Made by a program: the position numbers and the translations under genes
Part shown: one piece after another, positions 30,518-39,612 of the stretch
Position numbering within the stretch: the stretch's first letter is position 1
Layout of the letters: each line of letters begins with the position of its first letter
Assembly: GCA_963846195.1 (NCBI GenBank)
Contig: CAWJVG010000015.1
Location: forward strand, 356 to 64,355
Source of the DNA: an uncultured Verrucomicrobiae bacterium
Lineage (GTDB): Bacteria > Verrucomicrobiota > Verrucomicrobiia > Chthoniobacterales > JAFAMB01
Direction of reading: 5' to 3'
Length of the DNA stretch: 64,000 nucleotides
Notes under the pieces: model-generated
Told to the model about the DNA's origin: nothing
Databases searched by the model: none
Seen by the model: the letters and a program-made list of their open reading frames with translations, nothing else

Positions 30518-30922
30518 ATGAACCACGTTTTGCGCTATTGCGTTTCAACAGGAATCGTGGGGCTTTTCCTCGCAACTACCTGTTACGCCGGTGTTGATTC
30601 GTTGCCGGCGAACCCTAGGCAGACCCGCGACAACCCTTCAATAAGCAGCCTCCGGTCAGTAACAATCCTTTCTCGGCCGGTAGGTGCGAAAATCCTAATC
30701 AACGGTGATTATATCGGTACGACGCCGCTGCTCGTTGATTTTGCCATCGACAAGTTCGGACGCGCCGTCCGAAACATCGAGCTGCGCGCCGTCGCCCCGG
30801 TGCCAATGGTCACTCAAGAAGTCAGATTGTTTCCAGCAGCCGGGACCGATGGCGATGCCAGCAGAATCCCGCGCCTGGTGGACTTTGACCTCAATATACA
30901 GTCGGTCCTCGTTATCCGTTAG
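30518..30922 (+). CDS. PEGA-domain protein with signal peptide
   Basis: ILSRPVGAKILINGDYIGTTPL is a PEGA motif, and the N-terminus is hydrophobic. Confidence 0.55.
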   Translation: MNHVLRYCVSTGIVGLFLATTCYAGVDSLPANPRQTRDNPSISSLRSVTILSRPVGAKILINGDYIGTTPLLVDFAIDKFGRAVRNIELRAVAPVPMVTQEVRLFPAAGTDGDASRIPRLVDFDLNIQSVLVIR

Positions 30923-31971
30923 TCTCTTTAAGTGAGGCGATATCGATTACAAAGCGGTATTTTACCTGTCCTTTGATTGTTCGTTCATAAGCTTCGTTGA
31001 TCTGCTGGATCGGGATGACCTCGACGTCTGAGGTGATATTGTGATCCGCGCAGAAATCGAGCATTTCCTGGGTTTCCGCGATCCCGCCGATCATTGAACC
31101 GGCGACACTTCTGCGCCGAGGGACCAAGACTGAAGGCGGGCACCGGAATCGGTTCGGGCGGCAGCCCGACGATGATCAGCGTGCCGTCGGTTTTCAAGGT
31201 TTCGAGGTATTTTTCGAGGTCGTGCGGAGCAGAGACGGTATCCAGGATGAAATCGAAATACCTGGAGTATTGCTTGAATACTTCCGGGTTGGAGGTCAGG
31301 GCGAATCGATCTGCACCCAGTCGTTTGGCATCTGCTTCTTTGGACGGAGAAGTGCTCAGCATGGTGACTTCCGCACCGAAAGCGGCAGCCAGTTTTACGC
31401 CCATATGGCCCAGACCGCCTAGTCCGAGGACACCGACTTTATGTCCTTTGCCCACATTCCAGTGGCGCAATGGCGAATAGGTGGTGATGCCGGCGCACAA
31501 GAGAGGCGCGACACCTTCCAAAGGCAGTTTGGGTGAAACTCTCAGGACGTAATTTTCGTCAACCACGATTTGAGTGGAATAGCCGCCCAGGGTCGGCGTT
31601 TTGCCGTCTTGCTCGTAGCCATTGTAGGTGGGGCTCATGCCCTTTTCACAATATTGTTCCTGGTTGGCTTTGCATTGCGGACATTCCCGGCAGGAATCGA
31701 CAAAGCACCCGACGCCGACCAGGTCATCGGCCTTGAATTTGGTGACCTGACTGCCCGTTTTGATCACGCGCCCAACAATTTCGTGCCCTGGCACCATGGG
31801 GTAGATCGAGCCTCCCCATTCGTTGCGGGCCTGATGGATATCGGAATGGCAGACGCCACAGTAGAGGATGTCGATCTGCACATCGTGGGATTGGACGTCC
31901 CGGCGTTGGAAGCTGAATGGAGCAAGCGCATCCGTGGCGCTTTGGACAGCATAGGCGTTTGTGTTATTCAT
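30912..31971 (-). pseudogene. zinc-type NAD(P)-dependent alcohol dehydrogenase (YahK/CAD-like) with one +1 frame break near 31125
   Basis: GVCHSDIH, GHEIVG and GLGGLGH lie in ORF 30985..31971. The conserved C-terminus RRSVAGSMIGGIAETQEMLDFC...KYRFVID continues in ORF 30912..31127. The length is 3n+1. Confidence 0.85.
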
Positions 31972-32163
31972 AAATAGTTGTTACGTTTTTTTAAAGTGTA
32001 TGGAGCGGCATTGCCGGCGCCACCGGCGGTCATCACGCTCTTGTTGAGGACGAGCATATTTTCTGATTCAATTCGGGCGCAGCGATCAACAAAACTAAAG
32101 CAGTGATTCATTTTTTCAAGAAAAGACGAATTTGATCGATAGCCGATAATATTCATTCCGTTG

Positions 32164-33351
32164 ATGAAACGCGGGTCTCCAAAAATCTTCGTTCCACGCG
32201 CAGCGATCGCTGTCGTTTGTTGTTTTTATAGCCTCTCTGGTGCCGCCTACGTCCCCCCGGGAGGAGCTACCCGCGCCCGCGATCTGGGAGTTCCATTTGA
32301 GGGCACGCCGGGCAAGCTCGACGCTATCACGGACGTTCGTGGGGTCGAGGTTGGTCAAAGCACGCTGGTGGAAGGCGAGGGTAAACTCGTTGTCGGCCAA
32401 GGGCCCGTTCGCACAGGTGTCACGGCCATCTTGCCGCTCGGGAAAGAGAACAGTAACACGCCGGTGCCTGCAGCGGTGTATTCCTTCAACGGGAACGGAG
32501 AAATGACCGGCGCTGAGTGGGTGGAGGAATCGGGTTTTCTGGAAGGGCCAATCCTGCTGACCAACACCCACAGCGTCGGAGTGACTCGTGATGCGGTGGT
32601 GGAGTGGGGAACGAGAAAGTTTCCAGAGACAGAGCACTTCAGTTTGCCGGTTGTCGCGGAAACCTGGGACGGCGAACTCAACGACATCAACGGCTTCCAT
32701 GTGAAAAAGGAGGACGTGTTCAGTGCTCTGGATCACGCCACGAGTGGATCCGTGGAGGAGGGCAACGCGGGCGGTGGCACGGGAATGCGCGCTTTCGGAT
32801 TCAAAGCCGGCATCGGCACTGCTTCGCGCGTTATTTCCATCGGGGAGGATGGTTTTTGCCTTGGCGTGCTGGTCCAGGCAAATTTTGCAAGGCGCGAGAA
32901 CCTCATCGTGGCAGGCGTACCAGTTGGAAAGGAGATCAGCGAGCTTCAACCGGTGTTTCACAAGGAGTTTGAGAAAGAGGGTTCAATTCTGGTCGTGATT
33001 GCCACGGACACACCATTGCTCCCGGATCAATTGAAACGGCTCGCCAAACGCGCAGCACTAGGCGTGGCGCGCACAGGTGGTGTTAGCACGAATTCGTCGG
33101 GTGATTTGTTCATTGCGTTCTCGACCGCCGTGCCGGTGTCGGCCGGGATCCGTCAGCAATGGTCCACGCTCAGAAACGACGAACTGGACCCGTTGCTCGC
33201 CGCCACTCCGCAAGCGACCGAGGAGGCGATTATCAATGCGCTGGTGGCTGCAAAAACGATGAAGGGAATCAACAACAACACTTTCTACGCGCTGCCTCAC
33301 GAACGCTTGCGCCAGGTTCTTCGAAAGTACAACCGGCTCCTTGGTGAGTGA
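32164..33351 (+). CDS. P1/S58 (DmpA-type) aminopeptidase family protein
   Basis: A signal peptide, then ITDVRGVEVG...TGVTAIL and GNAGGGTG motifs. Confidence 0.75.
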   Translation: MKRGSPKIFVPRAAIAVVCCFYSLSGAAYVPPGGATRARDLGVPFEGTPGKLDAITDVRGVEVGQSTLVEGEGKLVVGQGPVRTGVTAILPLGKENSNTPVPAAVYSFNGNGEMTGAEWVEESGFLEGPILLTNTHSVGVTRDAVVEWGTRKFPETEHFSLPVVAETWDGELNDINGFHVKKEDVFSALDHATSGSVEEGNAGGGTGMRAFGFKAGIGTASRVISIGEDGFCLGVLVQANFARRENLIVAGVPVGKEISELQPVFHKEFEKEGSILVVIATDTPLLPDQLKRLAKRAALGVARTGGVSTNSSGDLFIAFSTAVPVSAGIRQQWSTLRNDELDPLLAATPQATEEAIINALVAAKTMKGINNNTFYALPHERLRQVLRKYNRLLGE

Positions 33352-33484
33352 ATCGGGGTTAGGAAGTTGCAGGAGTTGCGGTAGGAAAAGGCCCGGGGGT
33401 CTGGCACGGTCTCAAGAGGCAATGCGGGACGCTTCGCCTGCACGAAATTCGAGTCAACGCCGGTACGCCGAACCATTTCTCCCG

Positions 33485-33640
33485 CTACTCGCTCCGGGTG
33501 GAGGGATTGGAGAAGGAAGTATTTGGATCCGTGACGTTCCGCTTCGATGTGCCGTATGCTCCGTTCTGGCACGAGGAAAAGAATGAAGCAATCAATGCTG
33601 CCAGGATGAATCGTGCGGCCCATTTAAATTGCTTTCGCAT
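33485..33640 (-). CDS. candidate small lipoprotein (51 aa)
   Basis: MRKQFKWAARFILAALIASFFSSC carries a lipobox. It lies in an otherwise unassigned gap. Confidence 0.3.
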   Translation of the reverse strand: MRKQFKWAARFILAALIASFFSSCQNGAYGTSKRNVTDPNTSFSNPSTRSE

Positions 33641-33744
33641 CAGAAATGAATCGCGCACGAACGACAGATGTAAACTGACAAAAAGAGTGCGAAACAAGAT
33701 CAGAAAGTGGCGCACTGTTTTATTTTCAGCGTACTTTGTGTCGT

Positions 33745-33978
33745 ATGGACAAGAACATCAATCAGCTGTGGAATGAGCTGGAAGCAATGATTCGTCGCGA
33801 ACCGCAGAAGGCTGTGGCCCTGGCGTTTGCAGGAGGTTTCTTTTTGTGTCTGCTGCCGCTCGGAAGATTGCTGAGTATTCTCGTGAAGGTACTATTTTTA
33901 CTCTTTAAACCGGCCTTGCTGATCCTGGGTGTCCTCAAGCTCATCGAATACACCCGACCTGGTGCACCAAGTCAATGA
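33745..33978 (+). CDS. small membrane protein (ElaB/DUF883-like anchor segment)
   Basis: IRREPQKAVALAFAGGFFLCLL resembles the DUF883 C-terminal anchor, and a second hydrophobic helix follows. Confidence 0.4.
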   Translation: MDKNINQLWNELEAMIRREPQKAVALAFAGGFFLCLLPLGRLLSILVKVLFLLFKPALLILGVLKLIEYTRPGAPSQ

Positions 33979-33989
33979 GTGGTGCACTA

Positions 33990-35113
33990 GTACCTAATTG
34001 CGTAAATTCTTTATATTTTTAGTAACTCCCACTTGATGGACCTGCGATTTAGTCCATTCGAAGGGAGCCGCGTCGCTATTGTAGTTTTTGATGAATTCGT
34101 CGATCGCATGGCGCAGCTGAGCAACACTGGTAAAGTTGGCTCCTTGCAAGGCTTGGCGGCTCAAGATGCTAAACCAAATCTCAATCTGATTGAGCCAGGA
34201 GGCGTGGGTTGGAGTGAAATGAAAATGCACATGAGGGTGAGCTCTCAGCCAACGATCCTCTTTGGGCTTGTGGCTGGAAAGATTATCCAAAACCACATGA
34301 ATTTCCTTATCGAGATGTCCGGCCAAGACTCGGTTCATGAACTCGAGGAATTCCCGGCGACGCCGGCGCCGGTAGTGGCCGGCCTGAATTTGGCCGCTGG
34401 CAATGTTGAGAGCGGCAAAGAGGGTTGAGGTGCCATGGCGCTTGTACTCATGACTAAAACCCGTCAGCGCCTTGCCATTGGGCAGTCGGATCCAACCTTG
34501 CGCCCGTTCCAAGGCTTGAATGGCTGGTTTTTCATCGATGGCCAAGATGAGCGCATTCTGGGGAGGATTAAGATAAAGACCCACAATGTCGGCGGCCTTG
34601 CGCGCAAACTCCGGGTCAGTGGAAATGCACCAACTGTGGCGCCGTTCCAATTCGATGCCTTGCTGGCGCAAAATGCGCCAGACTTGATCGGGGGTAACAT
34701 CGGCCAGATGCTGGGCAATCAGCCGCCCATTCCAGCGCCCATAGCCTGCCGGTGGGTTTCTATCAAGGAGCTCCAGCACCCGTTGGACTGTGACTTCATC
34801 ATATTTGGCCGGCTTTCCACTGCGCGGCGCGTCCTCCAATCCAGCGATTCCGTGACGCAAAAACCGCCGGCGCCACTTGCTGACTGTCACCTCGGGAATG
34901 CTCAAACTTTTGCCAATCTCACGCCCACTGAAACCTTCTGCCGCCTTGAGAATAATTTGACTCCTTATTTTAAGCCGATGTTCCACTCGCTGCGCTCGAC
35001 TCCAACCCTCCAACAGCTTGCGATCTTCCACATCTAGTTCGATTCGACCCGTTGCCATCGGCCCATCAAACCATAATCTTTAATAAATATAAAGAACTAA
35101 AGCAACTAAGTAC
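33990..35113 (-). mobile_element. IS630-family insertion sequence with imperfect terminal inverted repeats and TA target duplication
   Basis: The ends are gtacctaattgcgtaaattctttatattt and (reverse complement) gtacttagttgctttagttctttatattt. They are flanked by TA at 33988-33989 and 35114-35115. Confidence 0.85.
33994..35058 (-). CDS. IS630-family transposase (intact, 354 aa)
   Basis: N-terminal HTH (SIPEVTVSKWRRRF, GKPAKY) and a DDE domain (ILAIDEKPAIQ, VVLDNLSSHK, HASWLNQIEIWF). Confidence 0.9.
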   Translation of the reverse strand: MATGRIELDVEDRKLLEGWSRAQRVEHRLKIRSQIILKAAEGFSGREIGKSLSIPEVTVSKWRRRFLRHGIAGLEDAPRSGKPAKYDEVTVQRVLELLDRNPPAGYGRWNGRLIAQHLADVTPDQVWRILRQQGIELERRHSWCISTDPEFARKAADIVGLYLNPPQNALILAIDEKPAIQALERAQGWIRLPNGKALTGFSHEYKRHGTSTLFAALNIASGQIQAGHYRRRRRREFLEFMNRVLAGHLDKEIHVVLDNLSSHKPKEDRWLRAHPHVHFHFTPTHASWLNQIEIWFSILSRQALQGANFTSVAQLRHAIDEFIKNYNSDAAPFEWTKSQVHQVGVTKNIKNLRN

Positions 35114-35186
35114 TAGCGAGCGCTGTCGGCTGTCAACGCCAAAGAAACTCGGACCGCTGTTGCGAACCGAAAATTAATTCGGCAAC

Positions 35187-36095
35187 TCATGGCACTTGTT
35201 CCGAATGAAATTTTCGCCAATAACGGGATAATCCGGCGACGCTCATCGAAGCCGGATCCGCTTGTTCGTAGGTCACCAATTCTTCATTCGGAGTTCCGGC
35301 GGCCAGGAGTTCCCGTACCGTAAATCTCTCGAACTCGGGAATGATCTCCGGTTCCGATTTGCCTTCCAGTAGCCGCTGCTTCATCCAATCCGCCCAACTG
35401 AACAATCGCTTTTCCAAAGCATCGAGGGTCGATATTGGATCATCGACTCTGCCGAAATGCGTGATGTGGAGGGAGGCCGGTTTGAGGGCGCGGATCTTGT
35501 CGAGCGATTCTTTCCAGGATTCCAAATGTATATCCGGCGGCGGGAACGGCGGAATCACCGGACCTCCGCGAATGCGAACCCCTGCCACATCGCCCGCAAA
35601 CACGGTTCGTTCCGACTCGAGCCAATAGGCGTTGTGGTGCTGTGCGTGCCCTGGCGTGTCCAGGACAAGGAATTGGAGAGAACCAAATCGCAACTCAGTG
35701 CGGTCCCCGACGGGAATGACGTGATCTTCTGGAATCGTCCCGGCGGCCCCCCACAATGACTCCATCTTGTCGCCGTAGATCCTTGACGCACTTCCTACCA
35801 GCTTTGAAGGATCGACGAGGTGACGTACGCCTCTCGCGTTTGCATAGATTTTGGTCCCAAACTCTTTAGCCCAACGCCAGGCGCCACCGGTGTGGTCCAG
35901 GTGAATATGGGAAGCCAGAAGATGGCGGACATGGGCGGGTTGAAACCCTAGTTTCCTGATCCCTTCTATTACGGCGTCAAAGACGGACTCAGGTCCGCTA
36001 TCCACCAACAGCAATTCATTTGGCCCGCATTCGACGAGCGCGATGCAAATGACGTCGGGAGTCCCGAGGTGGAGTGCGTCGATCAGGTGAACCAT
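35187..36095 (-). CDS. MBL-fold metallo-hydrolase
   Basis: HIHLDHTGG motif in 302 aa. Confidence 0.8.
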   Translation of the reverse strand: MVHLIDALHLGTPDVICIALVECGPNELLLVDSGPESVFDAVIEGIRKLGFQPAHVRHLLASHIHLDHTGGAWRWAKEFGTKIYANARGVRHLVDPSKLVGSASRIYGDKMESLWGAAGTIPEDHVIPVGDRTELRFGSLQFLVLDTPGHAQHHNAYWLESERTVFAGDVAGVRIRGGPVIPPFPPPDIHLESWKESLDKIRALKPASLHITHFGRVDDPISTLDALEKRLFSWADWMKQRLLEGKSEPEIIPEFERFTVRELLAAGTPNEELVTYEQADPASMSVAGLSRYWRKFHSEQVP

Positions 36096-36128
36096 CTGAG
36101 TAGTGATTAACCCGGTATTCCAAATTTG

Positions 36129-36252
36129 AAACCACAGATTTCACAGATCGGGAGGGAAGATATCCAGACCCTGCATGACTACATTATTGTTCCAATGAAT
36201 TCTTGCGATGGTCACCGCCAAACTCCCTCTGCAATCTGTGTAATCTGTGATT
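36129..36252. repeat. Inverted repeat of CCACAGAT-type words (about 28 bp arms, about 68 nt loop)
   Basis: aaaccacagatttcacagatcgggaggg (36129-36156) faces ccctctgcaatctgtgtaatctgtgatt (36225-36252). Confidence 0.7.
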
Positions 36253-36398
36253 GACCAAACTGCTTCGGCGCCTGGAAGTGTCGCGCCACATTTCGAGGCT
36301 GGAAGCGCTCAATTTGACTGACATCAGTCATCGATCCGCTTATTTGATTGATTCGGCTCGAACAAATTCAGTATGCCTAGCCCAGTTAATTGCAGCAA

Positions 36399-37013
36399 AT
36401 GAACCACTTATTGCGACGGTTGCAGGGAAGCGGGATGGCTTTTGTTGGCTTTCTATGGTTGGCAACCCACAGCGCTTGGGCGCAGGATAGCCATGCGCCC
36501 CGTCCGACGATGGCGCCCGCGCAGAAATTGATCGCCAAACAGGCGCCTCCGGTGGTCAACAAGGCTATTTTGGCCGAAACGACTCCGGACAATGCCGCGG
36601 TTCTTGTTTCATTGTCCCGGCAGCGAGCTTATCTGTATGCAGGGACCCAGCTCGCGATTGACACCCCGATTTCGTCGGGGAAAAAAGCGGGGTTCACTCC
36701 CACTGGAGATTTTACGATCATGCAGAAGGATCCAAACCATCGGTCGAACATTTATGGCAACTTTGTCGACTCAAGGGGGCGCGTGGTTCGGGCCGGGGTT
36801 AGTGCACGGATCGACTCGGCGCCGAGCGGCAGCCACTATGAGGGGGCGCCGATGTTCTATTTCATGCGATTAACCTCGGAAGGGGTAGGAATGCATATTG
36901 GGATATTGCCAGGATATCCGGCTTCCCATGGCTGCATTCGTATGCCGGCCGAAATCGCTCCCCAGATCTACGCACATGTCAAAATAGGTACGCCCGTTCA
37001 AGTGATAAACTAG
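36399..37013 (+). CDS. L,D-transpeptidase (YkuD domain) with signal peptide
   Basis: GMHIGILPGYPASHGCIRMP is the catalytic His and Cys motif. Confidence 0.85.
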   Translation: MNHLLRRLQGSGMAFVGFLWLATHSAWAQDSHAPRPTMAPAQKLIAKQAPPVVNKAILAETTPDNAAVLVSLSRQRAYLYAGTQLAIDTPISSGKKAGFTPTGDFTIMQKDPNHRSNIYGNFVDSRGRVVRAGVSARIDSAPSGSHYEGAPMFYFMRLTSEGVGMHIGILPGYPASHGCIRMPAEIAPQIYAHVKIGTPVQVIN

Positions 37014-37072
37014 GAATCGCTTCAAAGACATGTCAACGGACGCCGTGTCGCTACGGTTTCTTGGACTTCGTC

Positions 37073-37101
37073 TTGACAAGCGACTCCGCAAGCATCATAA
37101 A
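37073..37101 (+). promoter_or_regulatory. candidate sigma-70-like promoter for the permease/SBP pair
   Basis: TTGACA (37073-37078), a 17 nt spacer, CATAAA (37096-37101), then agagagg and the ATG at 37114. Confidence 0.35.
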
Positions 37102-37113
37102 GAGAGGTTCTCC

Positions 37114-38289
37114 ATGGCTCCCCCCCGCACCAGTAGGTTCAGCTTCAGTTTCTCCAAATTCCCCGAAGGAGGCTTGATTCTGGCGATCGTTGTTCTTGGC
37201 CTTTTGCTCGCCGTTTTCGGTGGTTCGGTTTCCCGTCCAAAGTTTCAATACAACGCTCAAGGCAAGCAGGAACGCATTTTTGAGACCCGCCCGGACGGAC
37301 AGAAGGTGCCGGCTTTTGAAACGGTCAACAAATTTTTCAATCCTCAGACGCTGATCCAGATTGCGAAAGACACGAGTTTTTTCGCGATTATGGCCGTTGG
37401 AATGACCTTTGTCATTATCACGGGCGGCATTGATCTTTCCGTGGGCGCAATTTACGCGATCGCGTCGGTCTGTGGAGCGCTCTTTCTGTCGCAATATGGG
37501 TCCGCGGGTGGAATGGGCAGCGTGCTGATCGGAATCCTGGTGACGGTTGGAGTTGGCTTAGTGGGCGGATTGCTGAACGGTTCGATGATTGTAGGTTTCG
37601 GCGTTCACCCGTTCATCATCACTTTAGGCACGATGGCCATCTATCGAGGCATTGCCTTCGTCCAGACTAACGGCCAATCCATCGGCGGGTTCCCGGAGGA
37701 ATTTCGCGCGTTTGTTCGGCAAGAATTGAATGGCCTGATCTGGGTCCCGCTCGTCATAATGCTGATCGTCACGGTCATTGGCGGGATCTTTCTTTCGCAA
37801 ACGGCGCTCGGCCGAAAAGTTTATGCAATCGGTGGCAACGAAACGGCGAGCCGTTATAGCGGTATTCGCGTTGGCGCCGTGAAGATTCTCGTTTATACCA
37901 TCTCCGGCTTAGCTGCCGGAATCGCGGCGGTATTGTCATTGGGCTACTATGGCGCAGGTGCGTCCGGCGACGGACAAGGTTACGAGCTGAATGTGATCGC
38001 TGCGGCAGTGGTGGGCGGCGCGAGCCTGATAGGAGGAAAAGGCACGGCCCTCGGCGCCTTGCTCGGGGCCGTCATCCTCCAGATGATCTCGAACGGTTTG
38101 GTCATTCTCAACATCCCTCAAAATTACAGTCAGATCGTCATTGGTTTGGTCGTGATTGCCGCGGTGTTGTTTGACCAGTTTAATGCCTGGATGGCCAATA
38201 GACGTTTGTTGGCTAGAACAGGCCGTATTAAGAAGGAGGTTCTCGCCTCAAGCGAAACTCCAGTTGTTATAACACCCCAAACAAAATGA
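37114..38289 (+). CDS. sugar ABC transporter permease (RbsC/AraH-like)
   Basis: GGIDLSVGAIYA and AIGGNETASRYSGIRV motifs, multi-TM. Confidence 0.85.
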   Translation: MAPPRTSRFSFSFSKFPEGGLILAIVVLGLLLAVFGGSVSRPKFQYNAQGKQERIFETRPDGQKVPAFETVNKFFNPQTLIQIAKDTSFFAIMAVGMTFVIITGGIDLSVGAIYAIASVCGALFLSQYGSAGGMGSVLIGILVTVGVGLVGGLLNGSMIVGFGVHPFIITLGTMAIYRGIAFVQTNGQSIGGFPEEFRAFVRQELNGLIWVPLVIMLIVTVIGGIFLSQTALGRKVYAIGGNETASRYSGIRVGAVKILVYTISGLAAGIAAVLSLGYYGAGASGDGQGYELNVIAAAVVGGASLIGGKGTALGALLGAVILQMISNGLVILNIPQNYSQIVIGLVVIAAVLFDQFNAWMANRRLLARTGRIKKEVLASSETPVVITPQTK

Positions 38290-39248
38290 TCAGGAAAATA
38301 AGTCTTACTGTAACAAGCCTTCTGGGCTTGGCGGCCGCTACCGGTTTTGCGGCCGATAAAACCTATACATTTGGCATCGTTGCCAAATCCAACAACAACC
38401 CCGTGTTCCAAGCCGCGAAAACTGGCGCTGAGGACGAAGCCGCTAAGCTGAGCAAGGAAAAAGGGGCGACCATCAAGATTGACTGGCGCACGCCGAATGA
38501 AGAGGACCCGCAAAAACAGGCTGACGCAGTGGAACAATTGGTCAATGCCGGGGCAAGCGGGATCGCAGTGAGTTGCTCTGACGCGAACAAGTTGACCGAT
38601 GCGATCAACAATGCCGTCGACAAGGGCGTGCCTGTTGTCTGCTTCGATTCGGACGCCCCAAAGAGCAAGCGTCTTGCCAACTTCGGTACGGACGATATTG
38701 ATTGCGGCCAGAAAACGATGTCCGAGTTAGCAAAAGAGATGGGCGGCAAAGGAGTTGTGGCGATCCTGGCAGGAAACCAGAACGCCCCGAACTTGCAAAA
38801 GCGGGTTCAAGGCGCCAGGGAAGAAGCCAAGAAGTATCCTGACATCAAAGTTCTTGATGCTTACTATCATAAGGAAACGCCTCAGGATGCCGCTGCCAAG
38901 GTTGAGCAAGTGATGCAGGCTCATCCGGAGATCACCGGTTGGGCGATGATCGGCGGCTGGCCGCTCTTCACCGACAACGCGCTCAAATTCGCTCCAGGTA
39001 CCGTGAAGGTTGTCGCAGTCGATGCGCTTCCAGCCGAGCTTGGATATCTGCGAAGCGGTCACGTGCAGGTTCTGCTCGCGCAGCAGGTTTACGAGTGGGG
39101 TACCAAGTCTGTTGATATGCTCTATGACAAGGTCGCCGACAACAAAAACCCACCTTCGACCTTCGTCAAAGGAGAGCTGATCCCTGTCACCAAGGATAAC
39201 GTGGACGAGTTCGCCGAGAACTGGAAGAAGTGGCTGCCTAAGAAGTAG
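38286..39248 (+). CDS. sugar ABC transporter periplasmic binding protein
   Basis: The start overlaps the permease stop (ATGA). A signal peptide is followed by type I PBP motifs (NNPVFQAA, AILAGN). Confidence 0.85.
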   Translation: MIRKISLTVTSLLGLAAATGFAADKTYTFGIVAKSNNNPVFQAAKTGAEDEAAKLSKEKGATIKIDWRTPNEEDPQKQADAVEQLVNAGASGIAVSCSDANKLTDAINNAVDKGVPVVCFDSDAPKSKRLANFGTDDIDCGQKTMSELAKEMGGKGVVAILAGNQNAPNLQKRVQGAREEAKKYPDIKVLDAYYHKETPQDAAAKVEQVMQAHPEITGWAMIGGWPLFTDNALKFAPGTVKVVAVDALPAELGYLRSGHVQVLLAQQVYEWGTKSVDMLYDKVADNKNPPSTFVKGELIPVTKDNVDEFAENWKKWLPKK

Positions 39249-39271
39249 TCGTTCATCGAATTCAAAAGAGT

Positions 39272-39306
39272 AAAGAGCTCCCGGAATTCCCGGGAGCTCT
39301 TTTTTT
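39272..39306 (+). terminator. Rho-independent terminator
   Basis: Perfect palindrome aaagagctcccgg-aatt-ccgggagctcttt followed by a T run (39300-39306), 24 nt after the SBP stop. Confidence 0.8.
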
Positions 39307-39315
39307 CATTAGTCG

Positions 39316-39579
39316 GTAAGCGTCCCGAGGGGGGCGTAAGCAAAGCGTCCCGCTTTGCCCTGGGGTTTGGACATTTTAACTAGGATAAAGCGGGACGCCG
39401 CAATTCGGGCTGCGGGTATCTGACCTGCCCAATCCCTACTGTCCCAAAATCCCTATAGGTGTAATCGAACTCGAACTCGTCCTCGTACTCGATCGAGAAC
39501 GTTGCTTTGCCTCAAATTGCGCACGTAAGCAAAGCCTCCCGCTTTGCCCGGGGAGTGTAAGCAGCGTCCCGCTTTGCCC
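39316..39579. repeat. Cluster of GCAAAGCG-TCC-CGCTTTGC hairpin modules plus one TCGTAATCG/CTCGTCCTCG arm
   Basis: Hairpin copies lie at about 39340-39358, 39529-39547 (gcaaagcctcccgctttgc) and 39561-39577 (gcagcgtcccgctttgc). Degenerate copies lie at 39316-39332 and 39385-39399. The arm gtaatcgaactcgaactcgtcctcgtactcg is at 39461-39491. Confidence 0.75.
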
Positions 39580-39612
39580 GCGATTAAAAAGAATGCAAAC
39601 CGGGCGGTTTGC

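Noticed and set aside
32116-32961. 281 aa ORF on the minus strand
   Set aside because: It is antisense to the DmpA-type peptidase gene, which has clear family motifs. It has no motifs of its own.
33988-36095. IS630 plus neighbouring MBL hydrolase as a composite transposon or accessory island
   Set aside because: There is only one IS copy, no second end, and the neighbours look like ordinary chromosomal genes with normal composition.
39316-39579. Possible CRISPR array formed by the repeated GCAAAGCG modules (also considered for 6462-7793)
   Set aside because: The repeats are palindromic and irregularly spaced, occur in both orientations, and are interspersed with other repeat families rather than unique spacers. 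There are no cas genes in the window.
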